DNA of 39,978 bases from Planctomycetota bacterium (GCA_021847065.1 JAJZVR010000003.1:1-39978), one strand, 5' to 3'. Shown: positions 9,022 to 18,473, counted from the first letter of the stretch. Notes: generated from the sequence alone by a model not told the origin. Translations and numbers: made by a program.

Positions 9022-9797
9022 GGTTTACTCCCACGCTCCAGTTGCTCCAGGCGGGCATGGGCCGCAGTAATTTCCCCAGCGATTTGTGCTGCGGTTTCCG
9101 CCAGAAGGTCGCTGCCGTGGGCTGTGGCCTCCTCGGCCTTGGCCTTGATTTTGGAGATGTTGGAGGCTTTTAACGCAGCGATTTCATCCTCAATAGCACG
9201 CAGGCGATCTTCAACGCGGGCGATCTTCCGAATCGTCCGTATAAGGTCAGGCCCCACACCCACCCCATGAACGGACTCCGGGGCGGAATCCCACTCCCGC
9301 AGAATTGCCCGAATGGCCGCTTCGTCGCCAGCCTCATAGGCGGCGTTGACCCGCGCCATGAAACTGTGCCGCCGGGCGCGATCCTCATCGCAACCGGCGA
9401 GGTCCGGGTGCAGGGCCTTTGCGGCTTGACGATAAAGTGCTTTGAGCGTTTCGGAAGGTTGGAAGGCGGTTTCTGGGACCGCGTCAACTTGAGCGGCGGC
9501 GCTGGCTGATTCCTGGGCGCATCTGCGGGCCTCGGTGGCTTTTTCTTTGGCCTCTTTGCTGTGCGGTTTGAGCCGGGCCTCTGCCTCAGCAATTTTGGCA
9601 CGAACCTCATCAAGTTCCGCGTACCGCTTGCCGACAATTGCCAGATACGTTTTCTCAAATGAATTGAGGCTGGCTCGGATGGTGGCCAAATCTAATTCCC
9701 GGACCGCGAGTTCCGATTCCAGGGCGGCCAATCGCGCGAGCTTACTTTCCAGTTCTAATTCTTCCGGACTTTGCCGCTTTGTTATTTCCACTGCCAT
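9018..9797 (-). CDS. Coiled-coil J-domain (DnaJ-like) protein
   Basis: LKALYRQAAKALHPDL...VNAAYE with intact HPD, flanked by coiled coils. ATG at 9797 after AAAGGGAA; extended -10 TGGTACAAT at 9834-9842. Confidence 0.85.
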   Translation of the reverse strand: MAVEITKRQSPEELELESKLARLAALESELAVRELDLATIRASLNSFEKTYLAIVGKRYAELDEVRAKIAEAEARLKPHSKEAKEKATEARRCAQESASAAAQVDAVPETAFQPSETLKALYRQAAKALHPDLAGCDEDRARRHSFMARVNAAYEAGDEAAIRAILREWDSAPESVHGVGVGPDLIRTIRKIARVEDRLRAIEDEIAALKASNISKIKAKAEEATAHGSDLLAETAAQIAGEITAAHARLEQLERGSKP

Positions 9798-9899
9798 GGC
9801 ATTCCCTTTTTTTGCTACCGCGAATCGACGGCAATTGTACCACGCCTGTTGGCGGTGGCCACGGGCGTTTGTGGAATCGCATGGTCCCCCGTTTTCCGA

Positions 9900-9931
9900 G
9901 GCAACTCGTGTGGCAACTCGTGTGGCAACTC
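9900..9931. repeat. 12-bp tandem repeat GGCAACTCGTGT x2.7 (possible integrase arm-type sites)
   Basis: Units start at 9900, 9912 and 9924, about 50 bp inside the att-like core. Confidence 0.8.
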
Positions 9932-9980
9932 TTCGTCGGGACGCATCGTAAATTGTCACATATCGTGGCCAATAACTGCC

Positions 9981-10000
9981 CTCACCGGGTAGGATTTAAA
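9981..10000 (-). mobile_element. att-like island boundary: tRNA 3'-end fragment (Asn-like)
   Basis: Minus strand TTTAAAT-CCTAC-CCGGTGA-G fits T-loop, 3' T-stem, 3' acceptor strand and discriminator G. No 5' tRNA part upstream. Coincides with the accessory/core transition. Confidence 0.6.
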
Positions 10001-10079
10001 GTGCTGTATGTGAATCCAACAGCTGCTGCTATAATGATTTACCAGCGACGAGAGTGTGCCAGATGTCAGGAGGCACCTT

Positions 10080-10313
10080 ATGGTGCGAGCTATTCGAAAA
10101 TTTGTTACGATTCTGCCGGGCGGGCGCGTGGACTTGGTCAGCAGTGAGTTACCGGCCGGCAGTCAGGCGGAGGTAATTGTCCTGTTGGCTTCCGCGCCAA
10201 TTCCACCGCCCGGAAGTTACCTGGCCAGCTTCGGCTCCGCCAAAGGAGCCTTCACCACTCCGCAGCAGGCGGATACTTTTGTTCGTACCGAGCGTGACAC
10301 ATGGAAACTGTGA
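10080..10313 (+). CDS. Putative VapB-type antitoxin
   Basis: AGGAGG RBS; TGCTATAAT at 10027-10035; MVRAIRKFVTILPGGRVDL...ERDTW directly before a PIN remnant. Confidence 0.7.
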   Translation: MVRAIRKFVTILPGGRVDLVSSELPAGSQAEVIVLLASAPIPPPGSYLASFGSAKGAFTTPQQADTFVRTERDTWKL

Positions 10314-10497
10314 CCTCGTGGACATTCTGATCGCGGCCTCGCATCTTCGAGCGACAACCCCGCTGAAACTTCCGGATGCCATTCACTATGCGACCGCAAA
10401 ATCAGAGGGTTGCAATAGCTTTCTTACGAACGACAGATCTTTTCAAGATAATATGGGAGTTCATATTGCTCTGCTGGATCAGCTTGATTTGGCGTGA
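10301..10497 (+). pseudogene. VapC/PIN toxin with an internal 5' deletion
   Basis: C-terminal PIN motifs LKLPDAIHYATA and FLTND present. ATG at 10301 is out of frame (METVTSWTF*), and the N-terminal DTN motif is absent. Confidence 0.75.
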
Positions 10498-10631
10498 ATC
10501 GCAAAGCATGCGCGGCGCTACGCTGAAACTGCTGTGCCTGATAGAGAAAAAAGGTTTGGAGGTCGTTCTTTAGTTGGCGCCACGATCCCTCAAAAACCGC
10601 GTCATCCGGGTTATCCGCGGTTCCACCGCGT

Positions 10632-10684
10632 TACTGAATCTACTGACCAATACTGCAATTACTGGCCAATACTGACCTTTACTG
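10632..10684. repeat. Six phased TACTG units
   Basis: Starts at 10632, 10641, 10651, 10660, 10670 and 10680. Confidence 0.8.
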
Positions 10685-10784
10685 TAAAAAGCCCCCCGTT
10701 ATTGTCCAAGATTTACCCTGGCAGTTTTCACGGATAGCATTGACCGCTACAATACAATGCTTTGTTGAATGTAGATGAGGAAAC

Positions 10785-12323
10785 ATGCTTCAACCAGATA
10801 ATCCAGAATTCAAGTTTCGGCTTTCACGGCTGGAAAAATGGCGGGCGGCCGGCACTGATCCGTTCGGTACGCGCATTGAGGCATTGATGTCCGCATCCGA
10901 AGCGCGGGATTTGCACACGGCAGAGACACCGCATGATGGGGGCGCGGTGGCAAAGGTCGCCGGGCGCATTACGCTGCTTCGAGATATCGGAAAGCTGATT
11001 TTTATCACCATCAGCGACTGGACCGGAAAAATTCAAATTGGTCTGGCCAAACAGTTTTTGGCACCGCATTGGGAACAGGCCAAACTTCTGGAATTAGGAG
11101 ATATCGCCTGGTTTTCCGGCAAGGTGGGCCATACCAAAACCGGCGAAATAACACTTTGGGCGGAGGATTTTGGCCTCGCGAGCAAATCGCTGTTGCCGCC
11201 GCCGGAAAAGTTTCATGGCCTCGCCGATACGGAAGCGCGTTATCGCCAGCGCTATCTGGATCTGGCGGCAAATACGGAATCACTGGATGTATTTCTAACG
11301 CGTTCACGCATTATCCAAAGCATCCGTGAGTTTCTGGCTAAGCGGCAATTTGTGGAAGTGGAAACGCCGATGATGCAGGCGATTCCCGGTGGTGCAGCAG
11401 CGCGGCCCTTTATGACGCATCACAATGCGTTAGACATTGATTTATACATGCGAATCAGCCCAGAACTGTTTCTTAAGCGTCTGCTGGTGGGGGGGATGGA
11501 ACGCGTTTATGAGATCAACCGGAATTTCCGCAATGAAGGCATTGATACACGCCACAATCCGGAATTCACCATGATGGAATTGTATCAAGCGTACAGTGAC
11601 CTCGCGGGAATGATGGAACTCACCGAGACGCTGTTGGCATCACTTGCGGCGGCCCGACATTCCACGCTGAATTTGCCCGTGACAGCGGAAAGTAGAATTA
11701 AACTTCCGTATGGCGAGCGGCTCATTGACTTTACCGCTCCGTTTCAACGCATCGCGTACAGCGAATTATTTTCCCAACACGTCGGCGTGGCTATGACCGA
11801 CGCGCAGGCGGTGCAGCAATGTGCCACGCAGCATGGTATTGTCGATGCGGCCAAGACGGATCATGATGTGCTGGTGGGAATATTGTTTGAACGCCTGGCG
11901 GAACCCAAACTCAATGAATTGGACCAACCGGTGTTTGTGTATGACTATCCCGCGGGCTTATGCCCGTTGACCAAACGCAAAACCGGGCAACCACACCTGG
12001 CGGAACGTTTTGAACTGTATATCGCCGGAATGGAACTGGCCAACGCATATACTGAACTCAATGACCCGTTTGTGCAGTATGAAACATTCTCGGCTCAGCT
12101 TGCCGGATTGAAAGAAGAAGATTCCATGGCCCGGATGGATCATGATTTTATTGCGGCCCTGTGCCATGGCATGCCTCCGGCGGGGGGGCTGGGAATCGGC
12201 ATCGATCGGCTGGTGATGTTGCTGACCAACAGGACCAGCATTCGCGACGTGGTGTTATTCCCGTTGCTTAAGTCTCGGGTTGCCGGGACGGCGGAAACTC
12301 ATGCCCCCGCGCATGAAGCATAA
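10785..12323 (+). CDS. lysS: Lysine--tRNA ligase (class II)
   Basis: RYRQRYLDL, EVETPMM, GGAAARPF, FRNEG, HNPEFTMME, GMPPAGGLGIGIDRL. Confidence 0.97.
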   Translation: MLQPDNPEFKFRLSRLEKWRAAGTDPFGTRIEALMSASEARDLHTAETPHDGGAVAKVAGRITLLRDIGKLIFITISDWTGKIQIGLAKQFLAPHWEQAKLLELGDIAWFSGKVGHTKTGEITLWAEDFGLASKSLLPPPEKFHGLADTEARYRQRYLDLAANTESLDVFLTRSRIIQSIREFLAKRQFVEVETPMMQAIPGGAAARPFMTHHNALDIDLYMRISPELFLKRLLVGGMERVYEINRNFRNEGIDTRHNPEFTMMELYQAYSDLAGMMELTETLLASLAAARHSTLNLPVTAESRIKLPYGERLIDFTAPFQRIAYSELFSQHVGVAMTDAQAVQQCATQHGIVDAAKTDHDVLVGILFERLAEPKLNELDQPVFVYDYPAGLCPLTKRKTGQPHLAERFELYIAGMELANAYTELNDPFVQYETFSAQLAGLKEEDSMARMDHDFIAALCHGMPPAGGLGIGIDRLVMLLTNRTSIRDVVLFPLLKSRVAGTAETHAPAHEA

Positions 12324-12382
12324 ATAAGGATATGGATATTTCACCGGCAGTCCACCACTGACGGTACTTTCCTGATTTTCTG

Positions 12383-14086
12383 ATGTACAAAATATTTCTC
12401 TGTTTCCGATATCTTACGCGCAAGGGAATTGTCCTGTTTCCGGTGCTGGCGGTTTGGCTTTGCGTGATGATGCTGATTATCGTCAACAGCATCATGACGG
12501 GCTTTGTAAATCGTGTGCGGGATGCGGGCCGGTCGCTGATGGGGGATGTGGTCATCCAGAGCGATTCCATGGCGGGCTTCCCCTATTATCGGCAAATTCA
12601 AAAACAATTGGCACTGCTCCCGCAGATAAAAGCCAGTACGCCGGTAATCAGCGGTTATGGTTTGTTTAATCTGCCGGAATTTCAGGTCAATACCGGCGTG
12701 CAGGTGATGGGCGTTGAAGCGGACAGTGAATCAAAGGTAAGTTCCTTCGGCAGCAGTCTGTTCTGGCAATACAAAGCGCCCATGCAGGCTGTACAGGATC
12801 TGCGCGGCGTCGGCTTTCCCGCCAGTCGTAAAAAACTCCTGGCTTATGCCCAGAAGCGTCTGCTTGCGGCGGCCAAGGTGGAACATGCCCGGCAGCAGGC
12901 TTTCGCGGATCTCAAACCCGTCAGCAGCCACGCGTGGTTTGCCTCCATCCGGCAACATTGGCAGGTCATCGCCCATGAAGATTACCAGCAGGCGGTGTAC
13001 AAGGAGAATCGGGCGGATCGTGATCTGCGGATGGTGCAGGCGTTGCCCAACAGATCCTTTGTCAATGCCGCGGCATTGCGTAAGGCGATGGTTCCCCTTG
13101 CGCCAACATTTGTCCCGCCTCCGCAGGCGGCTAATCGCTATATGACCGCTTCGGATGAACCCAAAAGTGGCTGCGTGATCGGAGTGGACCTTGGACTGTA
13201 TAAGCGCGATCGCTTTGGCCACTACCATCGTCCGCCGGGAGTACGGTTTTCGCCCGTGATTATTACCATGGTGCCTGTGACTATCAAAGCAACTCTGGCC
13301 CAGCCGCAAAGTCGCCGTTTTGTGATCGTGGATGATTCCCGCACGCGGGTGTACGCGGTAGATTCCAAGACGGTCTATATTCCATTTCATGTGGCCCAGA
13401 AAATGGCGTTTATGCAGCAGCAGGATTTGCTGGATGGCGGGGTGCGCCCGGGACGATGCAGTGAAATTCAGGTGCTGGTGCGGCATGATTCCAGCGAAGT
13501 AAATATTCTTGCCGCCCGCAAGGCCATCGCCCACGTGGTGCATCAATTGGAATTGCTGCACCCGCAGATGGAAATTGCCGGCATTCGTGTGCGGACATGG
13601 GATCAGGTGCAGGCCGAGTATATCCGGGCGGTGGACAATGAGCGCAATATGATCACGTTTTTACTGGGACTTATGAGCCTGGTTGTCGTCATTGTCATAT
13701 TCCTGATTTTTTACATGCTGGTGCGGGATAAAACCCGCGACATCGGCATCATCAAAGCCATCGGCGGCAGCGAGGAAGGGCTGGGTGTGATATTTATTCT
13801 CTATGGCATGCTCATCAGTTCCGCGGGAGCCATTCTGGGGTTGTTTACCGGGGTCTGGTTCGTACGTAATGATAATTGGATACATGACCATATATTATGG
13901 CGCATATTCGGCATTTCGATATGGAATCGTAAAATTTATGTCTTTTCCAAAATTCCCGATCAGATTGACCCTCATGCGGTCATGTGGATCGTGATTTTTG
14001 CCATTCTGGCGGGACTGCTGGGGGCCTTGATTCCCGCGATTATCGCCGCCCGCCAAGACCCGGTGGAGGCATTGCGTTATGAATAA
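12383..14086 (+). CDS. Lipoprotein-releasing ABC permease, LolC/E family
   Basis: RYL...IVNSIMTGF, VRDKTRDIGIIKAIG, PAIIAARQDPVEALRYE; lies between lysS and lolD. Confidence 0.88.
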   Translation: MYKIFLCFRYLTRKGIVLFPVLAVWLCVMMLIIVNSIMTGFVNRVRDAGRSLMGDVVIQSDSMAGFPYYRQIQKQLALLPQIKASTPVISGYGLFNLPEFQVNTGVQVMGVEADSESKVSSFGSSLFWQYKAPMQAVQDLRGVGFPASRKKLLAYAQKRLLAAAKVEHARQQAFADLKPVSSHAWFASIRQHWQVIAHEDYQQAVYKENRADRDLRMVQALPNRSFVNAAALRKAMVPLAPTFVPPPQAANRYMTASDEPKSGCVIGVDLGLYKRDRFGHYHRPPGVRFSPVIITMVPVTIKATLAQPQSRRFVIVDDSRTRVYAVDSKTVYIPFHVAQKMAFMQQQDLLDGGVRPGRCSEIQVLVRHDSSEVNILAARKAIAHVVHQLELLHPQMEIAGIRVRTWDQVQAEYIRAVDNERNMITFLLGLMSLVVVIVIFLIFYMLVRDKTRDIGIIKAIGGSEEGLGVIFILYGMLISSAGAILGLFTGVWFVRNDNWIHDHILWRIFGISIWNRKIYVFSKIPDQIDPHAVMWIVIFAILAGLLGALIPAIIAARQDPVEALRYE

Positions 14087-14825
14087 TGTTCAGTCCAACA
14101 CAGATTCCTCCGCGCCCAAGCCGCTGCTGGAATTAAACAACATCAACAAAACGTTCCGTCTTGGCCCGGCGGATGTGCGGGTATTAACCGGGGCCGGCCT
14201 GACGGTATATGAAGGCGAATTTGTGGCTCTGGTGGGTGCCTCCGGTTCCGGCAAAAGTACCTTGCTGCACATCGCCGGGGCTTTGGAATCCGCCGATGAA
14301 GGCTCGGTGATGTTTCAGGGGCAGGATCTAAGCCGTATGTCCCGTCGCAGTCGCCATCGCCTGAGGAACCACTCGTTTGGCTTTGTATTTCAACTTTATC
14401 ATCTGTTGCCGGAACTAAGTGTTTTGGAAAATGTATTGCTACCGGCAATGGTTTGTGCTCCATGGTATAAAGCATGTATCCGGGCGAGGCCGGGGAAGCG
14501 GCGAGCATTGGAGTTGCTGGAGCAACTCGGATTGAAGGATCGTCTGCGGCACCGACCGTCGCAGTTATCCGGTGGCGAGCGCCAGCGGGTGGCGATTGCC
14601 CGGGCGCTAATCAATGAACCCGCCCTGGTTTTGGCTGATGAGCCGACAGGTAATCTGGATCCCAAGACCGGGCAGACGATTTTGGACGTGCTGCGTGGCT
14701 TGCATAAAGGCAGTGGCCAGAGCATATTGCTGGTTACGCATGATGTGAATATTGCGGCTCAGGCAGACCGCGTAGTGACACTGCGGGATGGAAAAATTGT
14801 GGACAGCACGCCCAGTGTCAGTTGA
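14079..14825 (+). CDS. lolD: Lipoprotein-releasing ABC ATP-binding protein
   Basis: GASGSGKST, LSGGERQRVAIARAL, ADEPTGNLD; overlaps the permease. Confidence 0.85.
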   Translation: MNNVQSNTDSSAPKPLLELNNINKTFRLGPADVRVLTGAGLTVYEGEFVALVGASGSGKSTLLHIAGALESADEGSVMFQGQDLSRMSRRSRHRLRNHSFGFVFQLYHLLPELSVLENVLLPAMVCAPWYKACIRARPGKRRALELLEQLGLKDRLRHRPSQLSGGERQRVAIARALINEPALVLADEPTGNLDPKTGQTILDVLRGLHKGSGQSILLVTHDVNIAAQADRVVTLRDGKIVDSTPSVS

Positions 14826-14834
14826 CATTGGCCA

Positions 14835-15947
14835 GTGCGAATGAATTCGGATACGGTGCGTATGGCGCTATGGCGACATTTTATAGCCAAGATTTCACAG
14901 GCTCCCAGCGAAGAAGAGCAGATGCCAGCGATGTCGTTTGGCGACCATCTCGATGACTTGCGCAAACGGCTGATTTTGTCGCTGCTGGGTGCCGCGATCG
15001 GCGTTGCCATCTGCACATTGTTTGCCAATTATATTATCGATTTTCTGTTTCAGCCGTATCTGCTGGCGCTGCGTTATTCGGGTTATCCGCAATATCTGCT
15101 GTACAATAAACCCGCCGGCAACGTGATTATGTATCTGATGCTGGGTATCAAGGCCGGATTGCTCCTGGCCAGCCCGTGGATCATTTATCAGTTTTGGCTT
15201 TTTGTGGCAGCGGGACTGTATCAGCGTGAGCGCTCACTGGTGTATCGGTACATTGGTCCGAGTATCTTATTGTTTATTATCGGTGTGGCGTTCTTTTTTC
15301 TGCTCGTGCTGCCCATCATGTTGAAATTTTTTCTGGCCTTCAATCAGCAGGTTCCAATGCCGCATCTGCGTCCGAATGCAGTGGAGAATTTGATTTATGG
15401 CGGCCACCTTGATGCGAACAAGTGGTCCAAGCTTCCCACGGGCAATGAGGTCAAACCGCTGCTTATTCCCATGGTACGCAGCAACCCCACGCATTTTCCC
15501 AAGCATCACATCGCGCTGTGGTATAACGCGGTGCAGGGCAGGATGCTGATTCACTCGGATGGAAAAACACTGGCTATTAACGCACAGCCCGCTGATTCGC
15601 TGTTTGCGCCGCTGCCAATGCTCCATGATTACCTCGGTTTCGTAACCATTATGGCGCTGGTGTTTGGTCTGGCATTTGAACTGCCCATGGTCATGATGGT
15701 TCTGGCCCAGATCGGCGTGATGCCGGCACATAAATTTCGCCAAATGTGGCGCTATGCCGTGTTAATTCTTGCCGTACTCTCCGCGTTGCTGGCACCTACG
15801 CCCGATATCGTAACTTTTTCCAGTATTTTTCTGCCTTTGGTCCTGCTGTATGTGCTGGGGCTGGTTCTGGCAACGTTCGTGACCGCCCGGAAAAAACAAG
15901 ATATCGTCGATGAAACCCCAACGCCCGATGATGAGACCTCTCCATAA
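14835..15947 (+). CDS. tatC: Twin-arginine translocase subunit TatC
   Basis: MSFGDHLDDLRKRL, YQFWLFVAAGLYQRE, FGLAFELP, APTPD. Start may be further downstream. Confidence 0.9.
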   Translation: MRMNSDTVRMALWRHFIAKISQAPSEEEQMPAMSFGDHLDDLRKRLILSLLGAAIGVAICTLFANYIIDFLFQPYLLALRYSGYPQYLLYNKPAGNVIMYLMLGIKAGLLLASPWIIYQFWLFVAAGLYQRERSLVYRYIGPSILLFIIGVAFFFLLVLPIMLKFFLAFNQQVPMPHLRPNAVENLIYGGHLDANKWSKLPTGNEVKPLLIPMVRSNPTHFPKHHIALWYNAVQGRMLIHSDGKTLAINAQPADSLFAPLPMLHDYLGFVTIMALVFGLAFELPMVMMVLAQIGVMPAHKFRQMWRYAVLILAVLSALLAPTPDIVTFSSIFLPLVLLYVLGLVLATFVTARKKQDIVDETPTPDDETSP

Positions 15948-16014
15948 GCACGGCAAAGAAAAAAGCACGACGATTGGTGCTGTACAACGACGGATTTTTC
16001 GGAAAGGATTAACT

Positions 16015-16962
16015 GTGACGGATAAGAATTTTGCGGATCGCCTGACAAATGCCATCCGTGAGAAAAAAACGCCGCTTATCGTCGGACTGGATCCGGTTTA
16101 TGAAAATCTGCCTCCCGCGATCATCAATCGGCCGGGCTTTAGTGATGGCAGTTCCTGTACGGCATGTGTGGATGCCATTTCGGAATTTGGGCGAAAAATT
16201 ATTCGCACCGTGGCGCCACATGTCCCGGCGGTAAAAATCAACATTGCCTATTTTGAACGTTATCTCTGGGACGGCGTTGAGGCGTACTACAACCTCGTGC
16301 AGGAGGCCCATGGTCACGGACTGCTGGTCATAGGCGATGTCAAACGCGGAGATATTGGCCATACTTCCACGCAGTATGCGTTGGGGAACCTGGGCGATTG
16401 TAAGTGGCAGGATACGGTCACCACGATCGGTCCGGATGCCATTACGATAAATGCTTATTTTGGTATTGATGGCATCGCACCATTTATGGATGTTGCCAAG
16501 GTACAGGGTAAAGGGGCCTTCGCTCTGTTGCGTACCAGTAACGCCAGTGCGGGACAAATTCAGGAAATTCCCACCGCGGATGGTCGTCCGGTATATTTGC
16601 ATGTTGCGGAATTAATTGAAAACTGGGGCAGCGCATCACGCGGCCAATGCGGATTCAACAGCCTCGGCGCCGTGGTAGGGGCTACCAGTGGTGCGGCCAT
16701 CGCGCAAATTCGTCAGGCCATGCCGCACACACTATTTCTTATTCCCGGAATTGGTGCGCAGGGCGGCAGCCTTGCCGATTGTGCGCACGCATTTAATTCG
16801 GATGGCCTTGGCGCTGTGATTTCCGCCAGCCGATCGATTATTTTCGCCCATCGTGAAAGCCGCTATGCGGAAATTCCCACCGCGCAATGGACGGCTGCGG
16901 TTCAACAGGCGGTCTTGGAAACCAAGGCTCAGATTGCTCAGGAAATTCGCGCTTTTCAATAA
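16015..16962 (+). CDS. pyrF: Orotidine-5'-phosphate decarboxylase
   Basis: VGLDP, DVKRGDIG, RTSN, GAVVGAT, PGIGAQGG; GTG start after GAAAGGA. Confidence 0.93.
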   Translation: MTDKNFADRLTNAIREKKTPLIVGLDPVYENLPPAIINRPGFSDGSSCTACVDAISEFGRKIIRTVAPHVPAVKINIAYFERYLWDGVEAYYNLVQEAHGHGLLVIGDVKRGDIGHTSTQYALGNLGDCKWQDTVTTIGPDAITINAYFGIDGIAPFMDVAKVQGKGAFALLRTSNASAGQIQEIPTADGRPVYLHVAELIENWGSASRGQCGFNSLGAVVGATSGAAIAQIRQAMPHTLFLIPGIGAQGGSLADCAHAFNSDGLGAVISASRSIIFAHRESRYAEIPTAQWTAAVQQAVLETKAQIAQEIRAFQ

Positions 16963-16995
16963 AATCGATGTTCGTGGCACGGATGGGTTTTTGGC

Positions 16996-18366
16996 ATGGC
17001 AGCACAACAGTTAGGCAATAATTTTCGTGGCAAACGCGTCGTCGTCATGGGGCTGGGACGCTTTGGCGGTGGTGTCGGTGTCGCCCGGTGGTTGACCCAG
17101 CAAGGGGCTGGCGTAACGGTTACCGATCAGGAACGGCTGGAAAAGCTGGAATCCAGCATCGCACAACTCGCGGATTTCCCGATAACTTTTCAGCTTGGCG
17201 GACATGATCCCAATATTCTGAATTCCTGTGATTTGCTGGTAGTTAATCCGGCGGTTGATAAATCTCGATCCGAATTTTTTCAGGCGGCACTTCATAAACA
17301 CATTGCCATCACCACCGAGATCAATATTTTCCTGGAACATTGCCGGGCAAAAATTATCGGCGTTACCGGCAGCGTGGGCAAATCCACCACCACCGCGATG
17401 ATCCATCTGGCTATCACGGCGGCATTAAAAAACAGTCTCAGCCGTCAAACCTGCTGGCTGGGGGGGAACATCGGCCATTCACTTCTGGGAGACCTCGCAG
17501 AAATCAATTCCGATGATTTTGTGGTCTTGGAGCTTTCCAGCTTTATGCTTGAAGACCTGCCATGGATACGCTTTTCACCGCATATTGCCGTTGTGACAAA
17601 TCTGGCAGGCAATCATCTGGATCGGCATGGAACATTGGAAAATTATGCCGCCGCCAAGCAGAATATTTTGCGATTTCAACACGCGGATGATTTGGCTATT
17701 CTCAATGGTGATGATCCAACCGTGCGCATGTGGGCCACGCTCACCTCCGGTCGGGCCATGGAATATCGCCTAGAAAATCAGGAAGAAATAAAGCTTGCCG
17801 TGCCGGGGCTGCACAATCAGTCCAACGCCCGGGCCGCGCTTGCTGTGCTGCAGGCCGTTGGCTTGGCAGCACAGACACCGGCGGCACTGGCGGCGCTGGC
17901 AGAATTTCCGGGCCTGCCGCATCGCCTGGAGTTGGTGCATACAAGTGCCGCCGGCGCGCAATGGTTTAATGATTCCAAAGCCACCACGCCGGAGGCGGCG
18001 ATTACCGCTTTGGCGGCCCTGGAGAAAAATACCTTTATCTGCATTGTTGGCGGGTATGACAAACATGCGGATATGGCGGAATTATGCCGACAATTAGCAC
18101 ACCGCGCTGGAGCGGTTCTGGGCATTGGCGCTACCGGTCCGGCACTGGTTGCCGGATCTATTGCCGCAGGCGCGTCGCGAGATTATGCCATGTATGTAGA
18201 AACGCTCGAAAGCGCTGTGACCTGTGCTAAAAATTGGATCGGACATCGAACCTCCGGCGCAAAAAAGTTAAACGCGGTGCTCTTGTCACCGGGATGTGCG
18301 TCTTATGATCAGTTTGCCAATTATGAACAGAGAGGCGAAATCTTCGCCACTTTGGCCCGGCAATAG
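16996..18366 (+). CDS. murD: UDP-MurNAc-L-Ala--D-Glu ligase
   Basis: GVTGSVGKSTT, GGNIG, ELSSF, HLDRH, NDSKAT, LSPGCASYDQF. Confidence 0.93.
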   Translation: MAAQQLGNNFRGKRVVVMGLGRFGGGVGVARWLTQQGAGVTVTDQERLEKLESSIAQLADFPITFQLGGHDPNILNSCDLLVVNPAVDKSRSEFFQAALHKHIAITTEINIFLEHCRAKIIGVTGSVGKSTTTAMIHLAITAALKNSLSRQTCWLGGNIGHSLLGDLAEINSDDFVVLELSSFMLEDLPWIRFSPHIAVVTNLAGNHLDRHGTLENYAAAKQNILRFQHADDLAILNGDDPTVRMWATLTSGRAMEYRLENQEEIKLAVPGLHNQSNARAALAVLQAVGLAAQTPAALAALAEFPGLPHRLELVHTSAAGAQWFNDSKATTPEAAITALAALEKNTFICIVGGYDKHADMAELCRQLAHRAGAVLGIGATGPALVAGSIAAGASRDYAMYVETLESAVTCAKNWIGHRTSGAKKLNAVLLSPGCASYDQFANYEQRGEIFATLARQ

Positions 18367-18473
18367 CGGAGCCAAGGCGAATATTCCAACGGTGATACCT
18401 GCTTACGCACCGAGTTCGGGCACGGGGGGGCATTTTGGCCTTATCACAATCCGATGGATACGGGGACAGGATC

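Noticed and set aside
9798-9959. N-terminal extension of the J-domain ORF (RVATRVAT)
   Set aside because: Translation of the non-coding 12-bp repeat; RBS and -10 support ATG at 9797.
9950-10060. Intact tRNA at the island boundary
   Set aside because: Only the 3' 20 nt fit; no T-stem 5' strand, anticodon arm or D arm.
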